Positions 15,730 to 20,000 of a stretch of 20,000 nt of DNA are shown here, one piece after another. How positions within the stretch are numbered: position 1 is the first letter of the stretch; each line of letters starts with the position of its first letter. The stretch comes from an uncultured virus (IMG/VR IMGVR_UViG_3300046724_000456) (taxonomy: Duplodnaviria; Heunggongvirae; Uroviricota; Caudoviricetes): the IMG/VR virus record IMGVR_UViG_3300046724_000456. One strand, written 5' to 3'. Under the pieces are notes generated by a model. It was not told where the DNA came from and ran no database searches. It saw only the letters and a program-made list of their open reading frames with translations. The translations under genes and the position numbers were made by a program.

Positions 15730-15763
15730 TAGCTGCAATTTCCGGGATCTTCCCGTCACAGGT

Positions 15764-15793
15764 CGAAGGGGCTGCTTGCTTGCGGCCCCTTCG
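15764..15793 (+). terminator. Hairpin/terminator after lysis cassette
   Basis: CGAAGGGGCTGC-ttgctt-GCGGCCCCTTCG, 12-bp stem with one GU; no U-tract. Confidence 0.6.
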
Positions 15794-15811
15794 TCGTAGT
15801 AGGGTGCGCCC

Positions 15812-16048
15812 ATGAATTGTTCGGCGTGTGGCGCAGAGATCGTGAGTGTGACTCTCCCCAACGGAGACCAGAAGACTCTCGATGCCCACGCCCAGGAGTA
15901 CAGCGGTCCCGATCGGTACATGATCGAAGGCGAAGACTCCAGCAAGGCGCGGCCCGTCAGTCCCACTGTCGAGGGCTACGCCTACGGAGACCACGAAAAA
16001 ACCTGTCCAGCACAGGTTCGCGAGCGGGAGAGGCGCGAAAGGCTCTAA
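15812..16048 (+). CDS. Zn-finger protein
   Basis: CSACG…HEKTC; TAGGGT 6 nt before ATG (leaderless-type). Confidence 0.75.
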   Translation: MNCSACGAEIVSVTLPNGDQKTLDAHAQEYSGPDRYMIEGEDSSKARPVSPTVEGYAYGDHEKTCPAQVRERERRERL

Positions 16049-16068
16049 AAACCAGCAGGAGGTGGGGA

Positions 16069-16389
16069 ATGAACGCAGTACTGCAGCGGGAGACCGCTTT
16101 GCAACGGGCGAACGACGTCCGCTTGAACCGCTCAGCGCTCAGACGCGAGCTGAAAAAAAGCAAATCGAAGAGCCGCCGGCGGGCACACGAGATCCTGGGG
16201 GAAGTGCCCGGCTGGCTGGAGAGCTGCAAGGTGGATCGGTTCCTGACCTTCTTCCCCGGGATCGGCAAGGTTCGCGCCCGGGCGATCATGCGGTCTGTGG
16301 GCCTGAGGGGGAGCGAGCGGCTCGGAAGGCTTTCGCCTCAGACCCGAGTCGAGCTCGCCGCGCTGCTTGGTCGCACCGGAGCCCGTTGA
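16069..16389 (+). CDS. mihF: Actinobacterial integration host factor (mIHF/sIHF, H2TH)
   Basis: ALQRANDVRLNRSALRRELK…KVDRFLTFFPGIGKVRARAIMRSVGL…RLGRLSPQTRVEL; SD AGGAGGTG. Confidence 0.85.
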   Translation: MNAVLQRETALQRANDVRLNRSALRRELKKSKSKSRRRAHEILGEVPGWLESCKVDRFLTFFPGIGKVRARAIMRSVGLRGSERLGRLSPQTRVELAALLGRTGAR

Positions 16390-16712
16390 AGGACGCCAGG
16401 CCCTTCTACCCACCCAGGGATGCCGTCGGCAACGTCATCCCGCACAAGATCGGCCTGGCGACGTGGTTGAAGGTGGCTCCCTACCTGCCGCAGTTGTTCC
16501 CTGACCGCGTTCCCGAGGAGTTCTGGGCGCAGACGATCGACGAGGACGGCAAGCCCCTGATCACGGTCTCCTGTCCCTGTGGGCACGATGCCGAGCTTGG
16601 TTTCGCCGGCATGGCTGACTGCGAGTGCGACCGGATGTTCCTTCACACCGGCCGGGAGGTGCGCTGTGGACGAGGGTTTGAGTCCGAACAGCCGAGCGAG
16701 GTCGTAGATTAA
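16386..16712 (+). CDS. Cys-containing hypothetical protein
   Basis: TTGA overlap; CPCG…CECD. Confidence 0.65.
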   Translation: MKDARPFYPPRDAVGNVIPHKIGLATWLKVAPYLPQLFPDRVPEEFWAQTIDEDGKPLITVSCPCGHDAELGFAGMADCECDRMFLHTGREVRCGRGFESEQPSEVVD

Positions 16713-16741
16713 GACGTGAGCGCTCACCTCCGCCATGTCTC

Positions 16742-17005
16742 GTGCGAATCGATTCCGACACCAAAGACGCCCTGCTATTCGCTGTGGGGCTATTGGGCAT
16801 CGTTGCGCAGGGAGTCCTTTACGCCTTCGGCGTCAACCCGTCGCCGGCGCTGATCGGGGCCTACCTAGTTATGTGTGGAGTCGCTACAGTGTCCTCGCTC
16901 TACGGAGGACCCAGTGATCGACGCGAGGACGATGATGAACCCGACCGTCCCCGGAGGAAACAGAAGGGAACCCATGCGGACAGAGGCAGCTCCGATGATT
17001 CCTGA
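16742..17005 (+). CDS. 2-TM membrane protein with charged tail (holin-like)
   Basis: ALLFAVGLLGIVAQGVL and ALIGAYLVMCGVATV segments. Confidence 0.7.
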   Translation: MRIDSDTKDALLFAVGLLGIVAQGVLYAFGVNPSPALIGAYLVMCGVATVSSLYGGPSDRREDDDEPDRPRRKQKGTHADRGSSDDS

Positions 17006-17114
17006 ACCTCTCCACCGTCTTCGCAAAGCCACGGTGAAAACGCCAGTTATCTTGCTGTATGCTGCCGTGATTGTCACCGTGATCACTATTCTCTACTGGT
17101 TGCTAGGGGGGTAA
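16995..17114 (+). CDS. 39-aa single-TM protein
   Basis: ATG 16995 after GAGG; VILLYAAVIVTVITILYWLL. Confidence 0.6.
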   Translation: MIPEPLHRLRKATVKTPVILLYAAVIVTVITILYWLLGG

Positions 17115-17540
17115 GTGTCGCCAACGGAAGAGGCCCGTAAGGCGAGGAAGTGGAACAAGATCACCACCTTCCTGGCGCTCTATATCGCGATCGCAGTGAC
17201 CGTTCTCGGTGTGATGATCCTGAACTCTGTCGGGACCAATGCGAGGCAGAGCAAGCAGATCGCTCAGCAGGCCCGGGCCTTGGCCAGAAAAGGGGCGATT
17301 GATGCTATCCATGGCTGTCACCGCGGCAACTACGTTCGCGAAAAGATCAACGTCATCGCCGGGGCATTGACCAGTCTGCTCCAACGTTCTGTTGAAGAAA
17401 CCGAAAAGACCAAAGCCCTGACGCCCAGCCAGCTCGAATTCCTTGAAGAGGAGTATCGTCGTCTCAGACCGCTGAAGAGGGTCAACTGCGGAAAGCACTA
17501 TGGAGATGCTCCGAAACCTTCTGCATCCCAGACGCCATAA
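17115..17540 (+). CDS. Single-TM membrane protein with helical ectodomain and 2 Cys
   Basis: FLALYIAIAVTVLGVMIL anchor. Confidence 0.75.
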   Translation: MSPTEEARKARKWNKITTFLALYIAIAVTVLGVMILNSVGTNARQSKQIAQQARALARKGAIDAIHGCHRGNYVREKINVIAGALTSLLQRSVEETEKTKALTPSQLEFLEEEYRRLRPLKRVNCGKHYGDAPKPSASQTP

Positions 17541-18105
17541 GGCCGCGTTCATCGTCGGCATCCTTCTGGTCGGAGCCCTGACCGGGCTCGGCCTTTTGAC
17601 CAATTCGCTGGCTAAGCGGCAGACCAAGATCGAGCAGACGGTCAAGGTTCAGCGGGTGAAGGTCCAGCAGCTTCTCTGCGAGCATCCGAAGACGAAATCG
17701 TGCGAGAAGCACGCTTACAACCTGATTGTCTCCTGCATCGCCGTTCCAACCTGCAGACGGTTGCTCAGCCTGGCGTCGACGACGCCGGCGCGGACCCCGA
17801 TCGCAGCGCCGACGTCGACCGAAGTGTTCGAACCCGAGCCTGAACCCGAAGGGGGTGGTCCCCAGCCCTCCTCAGGGCATCAGCAACCTGGGGGCTCGCA
17901 GCCCCCGCCCGGACATAGCCATCACTCGCATCCGGGTAACCCCACGCCAACTCCAGCTCCTCCTTCGCCAGCGCCGATAGTTGTTCCGCCTCCGCCACCG
18001 CCGGCCGTGCCCCCAGGGCATGAAGAAGGCAGCCCTGCGCTCAAGGTCTGCGCGGATCTGCCTCTGATCAAAAAGTGCGTCGAAGCGGACGTCGTCGTCG
18101 AATAA
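17500..18105 (+). CDS. Single-TM membrane protein, Cys pairs + Pro-rich linker
   Basis: AFIVGILLVGALTGLGLL anchor; 6 Cys; Pro-rich region. Confidence 0.75.
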   Translation: MEMLRNLLHPRRHKAAFIVGILLVGALTGLGLLTNSLAKRQTKIEQTVKVQRVKVQQLLCEHPKTKSCEKHAYNLIVSCIAVPTCRRLLSLASTTPARTPIAAPTSTEVFEPEPEPEGGGPQPSSGHQQPGGSQPPPGHSHHSHPGNPTPTPAPPSPAPIVVPPPPPPAVPPGHEEGSPALKVCADLPLIKKCVEADVVVE

Positions 18106-18175
18106 CTTGCGCCGACGGGCGCACTGCGATATACCTGTTTGCCTTGGCTAGTAGCACGCGACCCATCTCGCTTCG

Positions 18176-18445
18176 ATGAAGCCGATCAAGACCGCGGCCT
18201 GCGACATGATCTATCGCGGCCCGACTCCTGACATCGGCGATCTTCACTGCCAGCGGCTCAAGCCAGGCACGATCCGGTCGTTCTGGAAGCCCAGCGAGGA
18301 AGAGCTCGCGGCCCTCAACGCCGGCGGCGCGGTCGAACTCGACGTCTTCACCGAGCCGCTGCCACCTCTGGCCGTGAACGTGATCACGGCCGAGGAAGCC
18401 GAGCCCGTCGGTGAGCATCCCTTCAAGGAGCCCAGTGCCCGTTAA
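18176..18445 (+). CDS. Conserved phage hypothetical protein
   Basis: SFWKPSEEELAALNAGGAVEL…PP pattern. Confidence 0.75.
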   Translation: MKPIKTAACDMIYRGPTPDIGDLHCQRLKPGTIRSFWKPSEEELAALNAGGAVELDVFTEPLPPLAVNVITAEEAEPVGEHPFKEPSAR

Positions 18446-18776
18446 GACCGACTGGCACGAGACGGAGGCGGCTTGCGCGCCGGCTCTGTCGGGAATGGAT
18501 CCGTTCGAAGCGACATCATTGCCGTCCATGGACGCGCTGAGCTTCGATATCCCGGCCGAGGAGCTTCAAGGTCGACTGCGGATGCTGATCAAACGCGAGG
18601 GCAACCTCTTCGCCGAGGGCGTCGTCTGCAAGATCAAGGAATGCGACGAGTCCTCTTGTCTGGCCTGTCCACTGAATCAGGTCGGCGATGGCAGCGCAAA
18701 AGCCGCACTATGCGCAATCGGCTGCGACCAAGAGCGCGTCGTCACCCTTATGCTCGCTCAGCGTGAGCGGGTCTAA
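18435..18776 (+). CDS. Cys-rich hypothetical protein
   Basis: GTG 18435 after AAGGAG; CKIKEC…CLACP…LCAIGC. Confidence 0.7.
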   Translation: MPVKTDWHETEAACAPALSGMDPFEATSLPSMDALSFDIPAEELQGRLRMLIKREGNLFAEGVVCKIKECDESSCLACPLNQVGDGSAKAALCAIGCDQERVVTLMLAQRERV

Positions 18777-19215
18777 GGGGCCACGGCCCTACACACAGCG
18801 GCAGGCGAAGACAATCTTCCTCCGAGTCCCGAAGGCGGACTGGGGGTTGGTGCGCGCCGGCCGCAAGACGGAGTTCAGGGCCTCACCATCGGTGTGCCCG
18901 CAGCTCTGGCAGGTCGAGCCGCCTGTGCCGGTGGTGGCCTATGCGGTCTTCGGCGATCGCTACAAAAAGGAGATGATGGTGGTCGAGGAGGCCTGGCGCG
19001 AGCCGCTGGGCGCGATCACCGAGGAGTCCCTGCGCCGGGAGCGCCAACCGGACCTGGCCCACTTCAGGCGCTACTGGATGGCCCGAGAGAGCACCGCGTT
19101 CAAGCCGATGCGGATGGTCTCGGTCTTCCGGGTGCGGCCGTGGCAGCAGGGCGACGATCGCCTGATGGCTGACAGGATCTTCGAGCGGCTCTATGGAGAA
19201 TTCCTTGGACCTTGA
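18763..19215 (+). CDS. Second ASCH-like protein
   Basis: LVRAGRKTEFR…EPLGAITEESLRRE…FRRYW pattern. Confidence 0.7.
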   Translation: MSGSKGPRPYTQRQAKTIFLRVPKADWGLVRAGRKTEFRASPSVCPQLWQVEPPVPVVAYAVFGDRYKKEMMVVEEAWREPLGAITEESLRRERQPDLAHFRRYWMARESTAFKPMRMVSVFRVRPWQQGDDRLMADRIFERLYGEFLGP

Positions 19216-19552
19216 TCGCCGCGAATTCCACATGGAGGCAGCCGGCCAGCGGATCTGCGCGCAAAAGGGGTGTCGCAGCACCTGGCCATGGCATCCACAC
19301 CACGTCGTGTACGAGCAGCACTGCCCTGAGGGGTTCAAATCGGACACTCGCAACTGCCTGCGCCTGTGCCCCGACTGCCATGCGAATCACCATGGCCGCG
19401 CGAAGCCCCTCCTCCTTACCCAGCTAAGAGACGCAAATTACGAGTTCGCATTCGAGGTGTTGGGGTCAGCCGCTTATGACTACCTACGCACACGTTACGA
19501 TGGCGACGATCCCCGACTAGAGGAACTGCGTGAGCGGACCACTGACGTTTGA
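19193..19552 (+). CDS. HNH endonuclease
   Basis: CAQKGC…HPHHV…NCLRLCPDCHANHH. Confidence 0.88.
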   Translation: MENSLDLDRREFHMEAAGQRICAQKGCRSTWPWHPHHVVYEQHCPEGFKSDTRNCLRLCPDCHANHHGRAKPLLLTQLRDANYEFAFEVLGSAAYDYLRTRYDGDDPRLEELRERTTDV

Positions 19553-20000
19553 GGTTGAAGCACCGGCGGGCGGAACCCTCCATCTTCGAGGCCAGGACGA
19601 GGTCGATCTCTGGGAAGAGATGGCGGAGAGCTACAAGAAGGACTACCGCTTGGTCCGTCAGAGCGAGCTCGTGCTGCTGGGCGCGCTCCTCACGCAGGCC
19701 CTGACTCTTTACCGCTGTCAGCAGGAACTGACCGGCCTGGTGCCTAAGACGGACGCTGGTGGTGTTCCTACGGGCGAGTACGAAGAGAAGAAGGTCAGCG
19801 CGAGCGAGCGGGGCACGATCCAGAAGACGATCGGCGAAGCGACAAAAGAGATCCGCGAGGTAGAGAAAGCACTCGGGATCGACAAAAAGAGTCGCGAGGC
19901 TGGTGGATCTCACACCGTAGCGAGTTATGTGCAGACCCTGAAGGAGGCAGGTCACCGGATGGGTATACATATCTTCAAACGCACGAAGATGTATGAGCAG
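19530..20000 (+). CDS. Probable terminase small subunit, 3'-truncated
   Basis: GTG 19530 after GAGGA, open to window end; helical, IREVEKALGIDKKSR; follows HNH. Confidence 0.5.
   Translation, partial: MSGPLTFEVEAPAGGTLHLRGQDEVDLWEEMAESYKKDYRLVRQSELVLLGALLTQALTLYRCQQELTGLVPKTDAGGVPTGEYEEKKVSASERGTIQKTIGEATKEIREVEKALGIDKKSREAGGSHTVASYVQTLKEAGHRMGIHIFKRTKMYEQ

Larger units (their letters stand above)
1..20000 (+). mobile_element. Bacteriophage/prophage genome segment (accessory genes, lysis, HNH, packaging start)
   Basis: Unidirectional, translationally coupled small ORFs; RusA, endolysins, holin, HNH and terminase-small-like gene; no housekeeping genes. Confidence 0.93.

Noticed and set aside
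18107..18135. Promoter/hairpin before 18176 (TGCGCC-gacg-GGCGCA; TTGCGC-N17-TATACC)
   Set aside because: 6-bp stem and imperfect -10 are too weak to call
96..19970. Long minus-strand ORFs (e.g. 8969-9934, 13240-14127, 19416-19970)
   Set aside because: Antisense shadows of coupled + strand genes in GC-rich DNA; Arg/Pro/Ser-rich with no motifs or RBS
1..20000. tRNA/rRNA genes, DGR, retron, intron or stop-codon recoding
   Set aside because: Intergenic gaps are at most ~105 bp with no cloverleaf; no reverse transcriptase or TR/VR pair seen; genes tile fully with the standard code using TGA, TAA and TAG

Overview
A GC-rich, gene-dense segment of a tailed bacteriophage or prophage. All credible genes (~65) are on the + strand and most are joined by ATGA/GTGA/TGATG overlaps. 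Positions 1-14.1 kb hold small early/middle-type accessory genes: several winged-helix and Zn-finger proteins, an ASCH protein, a RusA-like resolvase, a Gp157-like protein, an HExxE zincin-like protein, an orphan Phd/YefM domain missed by the ORF track, and a YkgJ-like Cys-cluster protein. Positions 14.1-15.8 kb hold a lysis cassette: an atypical M23 + PG-binding endolysin, a second lysozyme-like lysin and an internally duplicated holin. Positions 16-20 kb hold an actinobacterial IHF (mIHF/sIHF), four membrane proteins, a second ASCH protein, an HNH endonuclease and a probable terminase small subunit running off the end. The mIHF, leaderless-type promoters and some proteins point to an actinobacterial host, plausibly Thermoleophilia/Solirubrobacterales (from recall, not a search). 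The most intriguing element is a self-contained cassette at 6.87-7.37 kb: tandem operator-like repeats, a palindrome, a uORF, a coiled-coil/GRPR/wHTH silencer-like gene, and a terminator whose loop displays an anti-Shine-Dalgarno sequence. All family calls come from motif recognition by eye.
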